A stretch of DNA of 63,590 nt, filler included, from Hyphochytrium catenoides (lineage: Eukaryota; Protista; Hyphochytriomycota): assembly GCA_900088475.1 (NCBI GenBank). It is 10 parts of 10 records of this genome, joined end to end, with 100 filler letters (N's around TTAATTAATTAA, not from the genome) between each part and the next. Parts side by side here need not be neighbours in the genome. Positions count along the whole stretch, not along the records: positions 25,622 to 29,007 come from FLMG01002821.1; positions 29,108 to 37,076 come from FLMG01004528.1; 8 more parts are not named here. The stretch is one strand, 5' to 3'. Position numbers and translations under genes: made by a program. Below the pieces are notes generated by a model. That model saw only the letters and a program-made list of their open reading frames with translations. It was not told the DNA's origin and did no database searches. Shown here piece after piece: positions 25,622 to 36,943 of this stretch (within the stretch, counting starts at the first letter, position 1; every line of letters begins with the position of its first letter).

Positions 25622-28600
25622 CGCTCCGCTCCTCCCATAACAACACTCCCGCTCGACGAGGATCATCAGACCAATCTGTAAGTCCTCCCATCAGAGCTCT
25701 AGTAAACTTGGAATGTTTGTCTCTTGAAAGCGGTTTTGTCAGTATATCTGCAACCATATCGTCCGTTGGCATGTACTGAACCTTGATTTCATCCATAACT
25801 ATCTTATGGCGGATGAAATGACATCGCACATCAATGTGTTTTGTCCTTTGATGTCCCACGGGATGATCTGCTAAGAAAATTGATCCCTGGTTGTCTTCAT
25901 ATATCCTGACAATAGGTGTTTTGTCACCAATATCAAGTGCTAGTTGTCTAAGCCAAATGGCTTCCTTGGCAGCTTCAGACAACCCTATATATTCAGCTTC
26001 CGTTGACGATAGAGCAACTGTAGCCTGTTTTTTTGATTTCCAAGATATTGGGCCTCCGCTTAGAAAAAAGACGTATCCATACGTGCTTTTGCGGTCTAAG
26101 CTGTCTCCTGCCCAGTCTGCGTCCGAAAACCCAACAATATCACGACAGCCAGTTTTGTGAAAAGAGATCTTGAAGTCCACGGTGCTCTTCAAGTATCGGA
26201 AAAGCCGCTTCATGGCGTTCCAATGAACAATGCTTGGATTTGAAGCGAATCGCCCTAACAATCCCACTGCGAAGGCAATGTCCGGTCGTGTGCCAAGCAT
26301 GGCATACATCACACTACCCAGTGCAGACATGTACCGTTGCTTCAGTTCGTTATTCACTTCTTTAGCTTCCTGGAAAAGATTAACAAGTCCGCTTGTAGCC
26401 ATGGGCGTCAATGCAGGTTTGCAATCCTGCATTCCAAATCTGCTCAAGATGTTTTCTACGTACTGTCGCTGGTTCACCGAGATACTTCCATTCGCCCGCT
26501 GAATCTGAAGTCCAAGACAGTAGGTTAAGTCTCCAAGATCTGTCATCTTAAACTTCGACAATAGTCGAGACTTCAGTCGTTGTACTTCCAACCCGACATC
26601 CTCAAGGTCCTTACTCTCTTCTTCATCAGCTGTAGGATCTTCTAATGTTTCGCCTCCCGCTGGCTCTGAATCCCTGTTCTCAGAGTCATTGGCACGGATA
26701 ACTTCTGGACCATCCTCCAGAGTAAATTGAAACATGTCACGATTAGTAGCTTTGTCAGCTGCTAAAAGTCTCCCGCTGGTAAAAGACTTCTCGTCAAAAA
26801 CCACGTCTCGAGAAATTACCACTCTGTATCCGCTCTCGGGATCTGCGAGTCTGTAGGCCTTGCTCGAACTGTCGTAGCCAACCAAGAACATCCTCTTGCT
26901 ACGAGGACTCATTTTGCCTCTACGCCGTTCTTTCGGAATATGCGCAAACGCTGCGCAACCAAAAATACGAACATGACTTAAGTTGGGCTTCTTTCCCGTA
27001 AAAGCCTCAATAGGTGTTTTTCCGGCAAGCTTCCTGGTAGGACTTCTGTTACGTAGATAAACTGCTGTAGTCACTGCCTCTCCCCAAAGGGTCATGGGAA
27101 GTCCCGACTGTAGCAACATCGCTCTTGCCGTCTCTAAAATAACCCTGTTCTTGCGTTCTGCCACTCCATTCTGCTGTGGTGAATAGGGAACAGACCTTTG
27201 AAACTGTATCCCTTCCGCTGCGAGATAATCTTCGAACTTCTTCGAGACAAACTCTCCTCCACCATCAGTTCGAATCATCTTCACTTTTCGACCAGTCTGC
27301 TTCTCTAACCGAGTCTTAAGAGTCTGGAAAGCTTCCATGGCTTCATCCTTTGTTTTCAATAGAGCACGCGCTGTCAGATCCGTAGCGTCATCAGTAAAGA
27401 GCGCTAAGTATCTTTCCTTGTAAGGAGTTGCTCTCTCAAAGGGACCGACTAGGTCGATGTGAACAAGTTCTAATGGCTCCTTAGCCCTGTTAGTACTTGA
27501 CTTGAATGGTTGCCGATGTGATTTAGCCAAAGCACATCCATCACAGAACGGAAGATTTTGAGAACCGTTGAAGACCACACCATCTGCCATCTTAGGCAAG
27601 TCTTTCAAGTACTTCTCATTCAGGTGGCCCATCCGACGATGCCACACTGAGATATCCGCAGCTCCGCTTTCAGCTGCAATCTGGAGCGCCCGATGTCCAG
27701 TATCTTGATAATGCTTGAGATAGTAGAGCTCCCCACTCCGTCTGCCAATCTCAATTTTGTCACCTGCTTTCGTCCTTACGAAGCAGTTCCGTGGAGAAAA
27801 CTGCACCTGCAGTCCACTCATTGCCACAGCCGATGGTACGGAGAATAAGTTCTTCTCCAACTCTGGAACGTACAAAACGTTGTGTAACTCTGCTGGTTTC
27901 AACTGTCCGTTGACTTGAAGCTGAACAGTGACCTTGCCTTTCCCTAGGACGGCTACCGGTCTGTTGTCCGCTAACCGCACACTGTGCTCAGTATCTTCGA
28001 AGGTTTCCATCCATTCGCGCCGACATGTCATGTGAGATGACGCGCCACTGTCAATTATCCATATCTCCCGCTCGCTTAGAGCTTTGCTATCTTTCACCTG
28101 GAAAGCAATAGCGGAACCGTTGGCAGTGTTGGCCTTTTCCTTCTTTTTCAGCTTCGCTCTACAGTTTTCAGCTTTGTGGCCTTGCTTCTTACATCTGAAG
28201 CACTTGCCGATAAAGTTACTCGGCTTATCCTCCTTGTCATCACTCTTCGATCTTTCTGTTTGAAAAGCGACCTTGTCCTTATCGCTTCTCTGTTCTTGAT
28301 CCGACAGACGACTTCGTCGTTCCCGTCTGTCTGCTTCCTCAAGCAGAGTATCGATGACAAATCGTGGAGTCAATATGCTCTTGTCAGGTAAGCACCGCAT
28401 GGTCATGACAAAGGAGTCATACGAGGAAGGCAAACTCTCTTGAATCCTCAGTACAAAGTCGCCATCGCTGACTCTCAACTCTGTACCATCAAGAGATGTC
28501 TTGAGCTCCATGAGCTTGTTAAGATGACCTCTGATATCACGGCCTTCTTCCATAAAGAGCCGGTTGAACTTCATCTTCAACACCGTTGGATCCTCACTCC

Positions 28601-28931
28601 CTTTGTTCTTAAACGCGTCCCTTAACGCCACCCATGCCGCCCCAGGCGTTTGTGCATCTCTGACATGCACTCTCTGAGCCTTTCCAATGCTCAGACAGAT
28701 CAGAGACAAGGCTTTCTCAGCCTTCATCTCATCGTCTCCTTCGTACCTATACGTTGAAGACGTCGACTTCGACTTCACTGCATCGTCAATTGCCTTGACT
28801 TCGGCTTGGAACACTTTCCAAACACCCTCCTTTCGCAGTAGCATGGTTACATTGAACTCCCAATCTTTATAATTGTCGAAGCTCAACTTCTCAAAAGAGA
28901 GACCGGTTTTGCTAACCTCCAGAATCTCCAT
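25622..28931 (-). CDS. Copia gag-pol polyprotein lacking the RT catalytic core
   Basis: ATG at 28931 (MEILEVSK). Zinc knuckle CFRCKKQGHKAENC; protease WIIDSGASSHM; HHCC WHRRMGH...CDGC; integrase HIDLVGP/RTDGGGEF/NGVAERKNR; RT tail FKMTDLG; RNase H FSDADWAG/SSTEAEY/YEDNQG/ADILTK. No KARLVA, LYGLKQ or YVDD motif. No stop codon before the gap. Confidence 0.92.
25646..25654 (-). other. Polypurine tract of the copia element
   Basis: Minus-strand GAGCGGGAG lies immediately before TGTTG. Confidence 0.7.
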
Positions 28932-28946
28932 GTTACTTATCACCAG

Positions 28947-28962
28947 GTGGGCCTTATTAACC
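28947..28962 (-). other. Putative primer-binding site, resembling the half-tRNAiMet type
   Basis: Minus-strand CA|GGTTAATAAGGCCCAC directly follows the LTR end. It resembles GGTTATGGGCCCAG of Drosophila-copia-type elements, imperfectly. Confidence 0.55.
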
Positions 28963-29518
28963 TGTCGCTGAGTAGCGTCCACAGAGGAAATACTGATGAC
29001 CAGGAGTNNNNNNNNNNNNNNNNNNNNNNNNNNNNNNNNNNNNNNNNNNNNTTAATTAATTAANNNNNNNNNNNNNNNNNNNNNNNNNNNNNNNNNNNNN
29101 NNNNNNNCCAACCTTTCCTTGTTCCAGATGATCCTTGTTATGCTGGCGCCTCCCATCTTTCCCAGCCATCACCTCCCCTAAACCAAGAAGCAGGGCAACC
29201 ATAGTCTAATCTTCGAGCACGCTTTTCCTCTCTCTCTCTCCTGTTCTCTCTCTCGCTCTATTTCTATCATTTTCTCTTCTTCTAAAGGTTTCTTATCTCT
29301 TCTTGAACGAACGAAGAAGAGGCATGGACTGCTTTAAAATAACGTTGTCGATCCCTTGCACGCTAAGAAGGGAGAAAGATGTCATTCTAGTCGCAAGCTT
29401 GTCTAGGTATTCCATAAATTCATGCGCCCTTCTTCTATCCCTATCTTTCGGTCGGGTGATGATGATCTCGGTGCTTGGAGGATAATCGCAGGAGGGAGAG
29501 ATATCGAGGAGAGAAGTG

Positions 29519-29560
<42 letters not shown>

Positions 29561-30830
29561 NNNNNNNNNNNNNNNNNNNNNNNNNNNNNNNNNNNNNNNG
29601 GAGGATAGCAGCAAGGTCGAAGGGCTTGTTCGGAGAATAGAAAAGAGTAGCAGTGTCAGAAATACGGAGATCTTCTGCCTGTCAAGCCACGGAAGCTTCC
29701 GGTCAAGGAGGAGAGCAACCTCAACATCTTGGGGATCGGCCGCCCTGAGCCTTAGTATGGACCTAAGGGAAGAACGCCTATCATGGGCATGGAACCCGTT
29801 CCTCAACTTTATTTGACCCTCGATAGGAGGAATCTGAGTCGTGACGGTTGAGGACCGGCAGCTTCTCCAGCCGGTAGCTGCCTGCAATACATACGGACGC
29901 CAGTTAATCTTCAGCGTAAGACTTGATAATGCTCCTTTCCTTTCTTAGTGACGTTCCTTTCTTCTTCCGTCCCTCCCCGCTACGCTTCTGATAGACAAGA
30001 AAGCTACAATAGATCTGTGTGCGATCCTCCTTCGTTTAACCTTCCTCCAGAGCCCTGAGGGGTTTAGAGAGAACAGGCGCAAGCAGCAGTCACACAGAGC
30101 ACCTTTCCCCTCTTCTCTTGCTCTCCTCTCGCCGCGCGAGTGTCCTCTTTGTCTTTACCTTATCTCTTCTACTCGCAATCCTCCCTCCTCTCCATCTTCT
30201 ACTGCCCTCATTTGATCCAATGGCATCATCGATCACAGCGAGTGCCAGACTGAGACCATCGATATAGAGTACGCTCTTGATGAAGGAGTGGACGTTTCCG
30301 TTTGCGTGCAGTTGTCATCGCTGCTCGTCTTCGGTCCGTTCGGTTTCGTACGTCTCCTCGACCTTTCTCATAGTCACTGACCGCCCAATAATCTTATGAC
30401 TATCGCATTGAAGAGGATGCCGCGGAGCACCTGCATTAGTACGCCATTGTTGTTAATAGCATCAATTGGGAACAGAACGTGCGACAGGTCCCTCTTACAT
30501 ACAAGACGCGGGCGCTCCTAGTGTCATGGTCTGCACAGCAGATCAGTCTTGTACTCTTTGAACAAAGTTTCGATCGGTAAGACGGGACAAGAGATGATCA
30601 TGATGTCCTGTTGCGTAGCAGAGGCCTGGAAGGGTGGACCGATCGTTGGCTTAGGCCTTGCAGGGGACGATGGTAACCGAATCATCATGACATGAAGGCA
30701 CCGCGGGTGGTGCGCCACGCCTGCCTCAGCTTGACCTGAGCTCTCAGTAATCCTCAAACTACGAGTTATGAGGCTCAAGTTCTTTGTTGCTCGTCACGTA
30801 CAAAAGCACCTTCGCGCGCCTCATCACTCT

Positions 30831-32136
30831 TTATCGATCTATCCACGCCCCAGTGTCGTGCAACTGAAGCTTTTCAGTGAGCTCCCCATGAACGCCATCA
30901 GGTAGATTCCTTCGTAGAAACGCCACTACCGTCCTGCGGTCGAAGTTTGGAGGACCCTTGGGAACATAGTCTGCCTTCTTCTATTCGTCCTTTAAGGACC
31001 GATCGGCCTTCTCCGCCAACGTCATTGCTAACATCCACCAATCTATCGCTGGATTCCCTGAGGTCGCAGAATCTTCATGACGCATGTCAGTTGGCAGATA
31101 AGGAAGCGTGGAGTGTGTACGGTTTCCATAAGGAACGACGCTGCCGATGTCGATCAAAATGAACCTCCGCTGATGAAGGCAAATGTTGGACGGCTTCACG
31201 TCCATGAATGCGACACCAAGATCATGCATAAACTGCAACGCCGAGCTCACCTGCTTCCAAAAGTCAATGACATGTGGTTCCTCAAAGTAAGGGATGTGCT
31301 CTAGAGTACTTCCGTACCTAGGCATGATCATATACAGCTTCGGCGGGCTGTGAGAATAGAGCTCAAAGTCGCAGATGTTCTGATGCTTTCTGTTCTCGAG
31401 TACTTTCAGAAAATGCTTCGCTCGCTTGTTCTCGAAAAAGAGTTCAGAGGCTTGATAACCATCTCCACAAGGTCGCGATAGCATATTGTCAAGACACCGT
31501 GAGGGTAGAGTGGACCACTGATCATCAGACCCTTCACCCGCAAGTCCATGACAGTGGTTGTCGCCGGGAGTACAGCAGCCATGTCATAGATATCTGCAGC
31601 GAGCCTGACGTTCTGCGTTTGAAGAGCGTAAGACAGCTGCGATGAGTACCGAAGCTCCATTCGACGCACTTTCCCGGGGTCCAGCTCTTGCGGCGATGTT
31701 CCTTGCTGGAACGAATCAACTGCTCGAAATTGATCACCTGTGAACCTCGTCCTGCACTTCCTGATATACCTGATGTCTCTTCCTCTTTCCGCGAAAGTCT
31801 CTCCCACAGGACATTCTCCTTCTTTCGTAGTGCAACGACCTCCTCCCGCAGGGCATTCTCCATCTTGAGTAGTTCCGCAGCCGTCTCCCGCAGCGCAGCG
31901 TGGTCACCATGTTCCAGGTTCTCTAGATCTGTCCACTGCGAATCGGGGGTTGAGAGGAGGCGCTCTACTTGAGCGATCTGTTGCTTCACTTGACCAATGT
32001 CCTTCTGAAGCGCCTCAATCTCGTGCTTCACGTCTGCAAGAGAGTCCTCCTGGCTGCTTCTGCTGCTTCTTGGACTGGTACTAGTTTCAGAGACCTCCAT
32101 ACTCGCTGCTCTGTGCCCATTGCTGAGCTTGTCCAT
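30831..32136 (-). pseudogene. Disrupted Crinkler/CR-like effector-type gene: N-terminal coiled coil + helical linker + Ser/Thr kinase
   Basis: Three consecutive frames (32136, 31807, 31484) join via two apparent 1-nt deletions (~31700 and the A5 run at 31435-31439). Kinase motifs MVIK, YMIMPRY, FMDVKPSNI, LIDIGS and DWWMLAMTLAEK. An in-frame TAG at 30981-30983 is followed by 49 more open codons to TAA at 30831. Intronless. Confidence 0.75.
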
Positions 32137-32977
32137 TGCCTTATCCGAAGACTGATGTAGAGATGAAGAAGATGCCGGAGTGTACGATGAAGTCCCCAGA
32201 ACCGCTTCAACACTATCAGAGAGAGAGGCGAGCAGTGTTTGATGTGCCTGATCTTCGTCATCAGATCGTCGGCGCTGAGTGGAGCCGAGGACCGGGCCTC
32301 TCCCAGGATGCAGCTCCCACCAAGCTGGCTCCCAGCTGTACAGAGTACTCGCAGTCTCCAGGGCTCATCAAATGAGTGAGGGAGTGAGGGCTTGTGCCAG
32401 CTTTCTTCTCTCTCTTGTCTCTCCTTCTCTCTCTCTCTCTCTCTCTCTCTGAGTGTGTCTCCCTCCCTCTGTCTTTCTCTCTCTGTCTGTCTCTCTCTGT
32501 GTCTCTGTCTCTCTGTCTGCCTGTCTGTCTCTCTCTCTCTTCCTGCTGTGTGTGTGTCTCGCTGTCTCTCTGTGTCTCTCTGCGCCTCTCTCTCTCTCTG
32601 TCTCTCTGTCTGTCGCTCTCTCTCTCTCTGTCTCTCTCTTACTCTCTCTCACTCTCTCATACTCACTCAGGTGACCTTTATACAGTACATACACAGAGCG
32701 TCCTTATTCTCGATCAGACTGGGTACCGCTTTGACCCTACCTGTACAGGGGGCTCCTCTGGATAAAGTTCTCCTACAAATCTTAGCCGAGTCTTGGTGTG
32801 AGACTCCTCTGTCCCCAGTGTCAAGCAGGTGGGGGTTACCCCTACTCCAAGGGGACATCTCTGAGACGGCGCGAAGCGACAGAGTTCCTCCCTCGGCCAT
32901 CCGTTACAGAAGATCGCTGAAGCTCGATAAGCAGTGCACTACCTACGGAGCTCATCAGATGACGGAGAAGAAGCTCA

Positions 32978-34735
32978 ATGAACGGCGTTGATGATCAGCC
33001 TCATTCCTCATCCTCAGTGGGAGCTCGGCAATCTCTGCTGAGTAGCTCACAGCAGCAGCTGCCGATGGCCAGCCTCCACGTCTCTTCTCATCATAGTCAG
33101 GCGGTGCCCGCCGGCTGTTGCCCAGTAGTAGGCAGACGACGACTCCGGAAGCCTTCTCGTCGGGACCTGTTCCAAACGCTCCTCGTGCTCGTAGTCGTTC
33201 TTATTATAGGGCTGTTGCAATCTCTTTTCATCTTCTCACCACGCCTCAGCAAGCCCCAACGGCTCTACTATGGATCCCTTCAGGCCACCGAGCGACCTGA
33301 TGATGATGTCGCTCTGGCGGTAAGTGATCGACAATACGACGATGACGGTCAGGTGAAGACGAATGTAGTCGGTGAACCAATGACGTTAGGCGCTGATGGC
33401 ATTAGATCAGATAACCTACTATTATCGCCGGACGAGTCCTCGGTGGATGACCCCTATGGCCTACTCAGCCCGAACATCGCCATGGGCCTTCCATATTATG
33501 CTGAAGAATGCCGGCGACTACGAGCTTTTACGGAGCATTATCTTTCGACGGCTCTCAGCAGCCGAGCTTTTTCTCCTGCAACTGGGAAGAAGGGATCCCT
33601 ACGGAGCTCTTCTGCTAAGAGTTATCAGATCTTTGAGCGACGAATGTTTCCCTGGCTTCTACCAAGCGACTCTCTTGAGGACCTCTACTCGTCATTTCGG
33701 GGTAAGGGAATTGTCATGACCCTTGCCAATGATCACGTCGGGATGGTAGCGGGATTCCTTCGGATACTACGCACTGGTCTGAAGAGCAACCTCCCAGTAG
33801 AGCTCTTCTATAACGGGACAGAGCTATCTCAAGCAAACCGAGAACGATTAGAAGCCTTCGCGAACGTCCAGACACGTGATATTAATCTTCTAGTGCAAGG
33901 CATAGAACTCCATAGATGGGGAGTCAAACCTTTCGCCATGTTATTCTCCTCCTTTCGCGAGGTCGTCCTTGTGGATGCGGATGCTGTGCTTGTCGAAGAC
34001 CCTTCGAAAGAAGGCTTTCTTGAGGATGAGGAGTACCTGCGGACGGGAACGTTGTTCTTTCTCGATCGGAATTTTGTTGAGAAGAACAAGGATGACAACC
34101 GCGACTGGATCAGGTCTCTGATGGATGAGAGCAGGCTGACTGACTTCACGCTGCAGAATCGTTGGATGAGGAACTACCGGCACATGATCGAAAGCGGAGT
34201 GGTGGTCCTTGACAAAGCCCGCAACTTCCCCGCCTTGCTTGCGACTTGTAAGCTAAACCAATGGCATGAGATCTATACGAAGATGCATGGAGAGAAGGAA
34301 ACGTTTTGGATCGGTCACGCGGTGATTGGAAGTGAGAGCTACACCTTTAACCCGCAGTTTGCCAGTCCAATTGGCGATCTACGGCGTGAAGAAGAGAAAG
34401 ACAGGGCTCCAGTTTTCAACGAGGCTGGTGAGGAGGTATACGAGGTCTGCTCTGCTCAAGTGGCACATGCAGATCGTAGGGGTGAGCGGCTCCTGTGGTG
34501 GAACGGAGGCTTTGTGGAGTGCAAATATGACGCAGAAAGCCCTGTCAAGAAGGTTGACCTTTTCCTCCTGAGTACCCAGGAGGAAGCTCCATGGGAGGGG
34601 CAGCTATGCCACCGCTTCTGTATGAGGAGTACAGGGCCGCTGATGAGGCTGAGCGAAGCAGAGAAGGCGAGACTGGAGAGCTTGGGCCAATTGTGGAAAG
34701 AGGAAAGGCAGACTACCGCGCAGGTGCATCCATGA
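32978..34735 (+). CDS. GT71 alpha-mannosyltransferase (MNN1/MNN2-like), type II Golgi membrane protein
   Basis: Intronless 585-aa ORF. TM anchor LLVLVVVLIIGLLQSLFIF after RRRLRK. Motifs GKGIVM, LPVELFY, KPFAMLFSSFREVVLVDAD, TGTLFFLDR, ESGVVVLDK and HGEKETFW. Confidence 0.92.
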   Translation: MNGVDDQPHSSSSVGARQSLLSSSQQQLPMASLHVSSHHSQAVPAGCCPVVGRRRLRKPSRRDLFQTLLVLVVVLIIGLLQSLFIFSPRLSKPQRLYYGSLQATERPDDDVALAVSDRQYDDDGQVKTNVVGEPMTLGADGIRSDNLLLSPDESSVDDPYGLLSPNIAMGLPYYAEECRRLRAFTEHYLSTALSSRAFSPATGKKGSLRSSSAKSYQIFERRMFPWLLPSDSLEDLYSSFRGKGIVMTLANDHVGMVAGFLRILRTGLKSNLPVELFYNGTELSQANRERLEAFANVQTRDINLLVQGIELHRWGVKPFAMLFSSFREVVLVDADAVLVEDPSKEGFLEDEEYLRTGTLFFLDRNFVEKNKDDNRDWIRSLMDESRLTDFTLQNRWMRNYRHMIESGVVVLDKARNFPALLATCKLNQWHEIYTKMHGEKETFWIGHAVIGSESYTFNPQFASPIGDLRREEEKDRAPVFNEAGEEVYEVCSAQVAHADRRGERLLWWNGGFVECKYDAESPVKKVDLFLLSTQEEAPWEGQLCHRFCMRSTGPLMRLSEAEKARLESLGQLWKEERQTTAQVHP

Positions 34736-35315
34736 GGAAGCTAACTTCTCCTAGTAACAGAGAGGCCTGGGCATCAACCCAAGCAAACAAGTCAGAGCAG
34801 CTCTTTATCATGATAAACCGTTCTCTCAGAGCCGTTCTATGGACGCGCCATGCAAGGCCTGTGTCGCCTGAGGCGATCACCGTCAAGAGTCTGAGTGCTG
34901 ATGAGACCAGAATCTAGACCGGGGAACATGAGGCACATATCCTCTAATGCTTGTGAGCCCATTTGAATGTCAAGTTCACTCTTTAAGCAGGAGTGTGACG
35001 CGCAAGGTAGACAGGCCGGGCTAGGAAGCAACGGACGCAGCGTCGGCCGTCCAGAATGGGTTTGAGAGTGTGAGATCATGAAGTTCCAGGCACTTTGTAG
35101 AGCTACTGATTGTGGAAACCTTAGGTCTATTCTCTGGCAGGGAAAAGCGACCCAGTGGCCTCTTACGTCTAACTTCCTAACGATGAACAGGAGGATGGAT
35201 GGCGGCCAATTATTGCTCTTCTTCTTATGCACCGTGGCGGATGCTGTCGTTTGTTTCTCTCTCTCTCTCGTTCTCTCTCTCCCTTGTTCCTCGCCTGTGT
35301 TCCTTTCTTTTCTCC

Positions 35316-36218
35316 TCAATGTCTCACGCAACTTGTGGAGGGCCTTGACTGCCTCTCAGAGTTCACTGCTGAGCTTCCATTAAGCACCTGACTGTTGTCA
35401 ATAAACTGAAGGAAAGGAAAGAGAGAGAGAAAGGGAGAGTTAACTAGGGCAGCAGACACAGGAGAGAGGCAGCAGAAAAAGGGAATGAAGAGAGACAGAG
35501 AGGGACGCGAAAGAAGAGCCACCGCTACCGAAAAGAATCAGACAGAGAGATGAGCCAGAAGTAGATGACGAGCAGACTCGGAGCCATCAGCAACCAAGGA
35601 TATAGAAGAGACAAAGAGAGAGAGACAGACGCTGGACAGAAGTTCTCACCAAAGGCCCATCTTCCTCCTGCTGCGGGACGTAGACATGGGCTCTCTCTCT
35701 CTCTACCATCTCTGCGTCATCCGTGAAGAGCACAGCCTGCGCCATGTCCAGCTGGCGACGACGACGTCGATTTTTCCCCTGACTAGAGCCACTGCTGGGC
35801 CTGACAGAGGAGACCTTCAAAAGAGAGAAAGAGAGAGAGACACGAAGAGAGAAGAATAAGCATGAAAGGGTGATGTTCCAGACAATCTCTCTAACCTGCT
35901 AGGTTAATGCTTTTTTAACTCTCTCTCACTGTCTTTTTGTATCGCCACCAAACGCCATGTGGCGCGTTCGCCTCCTCTTTCTATCCTCTCTCTGTCTCTC
36001 TGTCTCTCTCTCTTCCTGTCTGTCCCTCTCTTACACACACGTTCTCTCGCTCTCCCCTGCTCTCATTCTCTCACTTTCTCACTCTCTCGCTCTCTCCCCT
36101 TATCACTCTCACTTCTCTTTCTCCTCTTTTGTCTCTTTCTCCGCCTAACTCTCTCTTTCCTCCCCACACTCGTTCTCTGCCTCTCCCTTTCTGACGTCAT
36201 CTCTCTCTATTCTTCACA

Positions 36219-36266
<48 letters not shown>

Positions 36267-36721
36267 TGGCTGTGTCCCCTTGCCCTCCCCGTTTCCCTTT
36301 GTCTCTCTCTCTCTCTCTCTCTCTTTTGTTTCTCTCCTCTCCTCTCTCGCTCCTCCGTTAACACCTCTTTCCTCTCCTTACCATCTCCGCCTCTTGGGAA
36401 TTTTTATCTGGTGCAATCTTCAAAGTTCCTCTATAGACCAAGACATCGTCGATGTACATCTCCCACTCTCTCACGCCCCGCGCCGGAGTTTTCGCATAGT
36501 TCCATAGTTTCACGCAAGAAATACTCTTCACCTCAGGGAAGAGAATCCAGATCGTGTTGTTCTTAACGGAGCAGGGAAAAGAGGAAGAGAGAGACGATGG
36601 GGAAGAGAGAAAGGGAGTGAGCCACATGTGCCCGTCGTCAAAGGTGTCGTTCTCGTGGTCCAGGAGCTTGTCAACAGTGCGAGCATCGTCTCCTGGAGAG
36701 TCAGGAAGGATGTTGATGTCC
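35316..36721 (-). CDS. KATNIP: Katanin-interacting protein KATNIP/KIAA0556 (DUF4457), last exons; 5' part missing
   Basis: Exons 36721-36382, 35814-35650 and 35405-35316. Peptides DINILPD...[10 protein letters not shown]...[48 protein letters not shown] and ...RPSTSC match the recalled KATNIP C-terminus. Confidence 0.88.
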
Positions 36722-36734
36722 CTATCCCAGAGAA

Positions 36735-36771
<37 letters not shown>

Positions 36772-36911
36772 ATGACGAATTAGCTTGAGGCGGGATGTAG
36801 GAGGGATTGTGGTCAAATCAAAGAACAGTGACGATAGAACGGGACAGAAAGAGAAGAAGAAGAGAGCCAAGGGAAAGATCGGAGCTCTAAGAAAAGAGAG
36901 GGAGAGACAGA

Positions 36912-36943
<32 letters not shown>

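Larger units (their letters stand above)
25622..29007 (-). mobile_element. Ty1/copia LTR retrotransposon: internal region plus LTR stubs
   Basis: Copia domain order gag-PR-IN-(RT)-RH. On the minus strand the 5' LTR stub ends ...CA (28963), followed by a PBS-like sequence. A purine-rich PPT GAGCGGGAG is followed by TGTTG (3' LTR start at 25645). Both LTRs run into spacers, as expected for a collapsed repeat. Confidence 0.95.

Noticed and set aside
30981-30983. TAG reassignment (alternative genetic code) suggested by the in-frame TAG in the kinase
   Set aside because: TAG terminates the zinc-finger, Oxa1/Cox18 and TOM1-like genes at plausible ends. The long intact ORFs contain no internal TAG, and the same kinase gene also has frameshifts.
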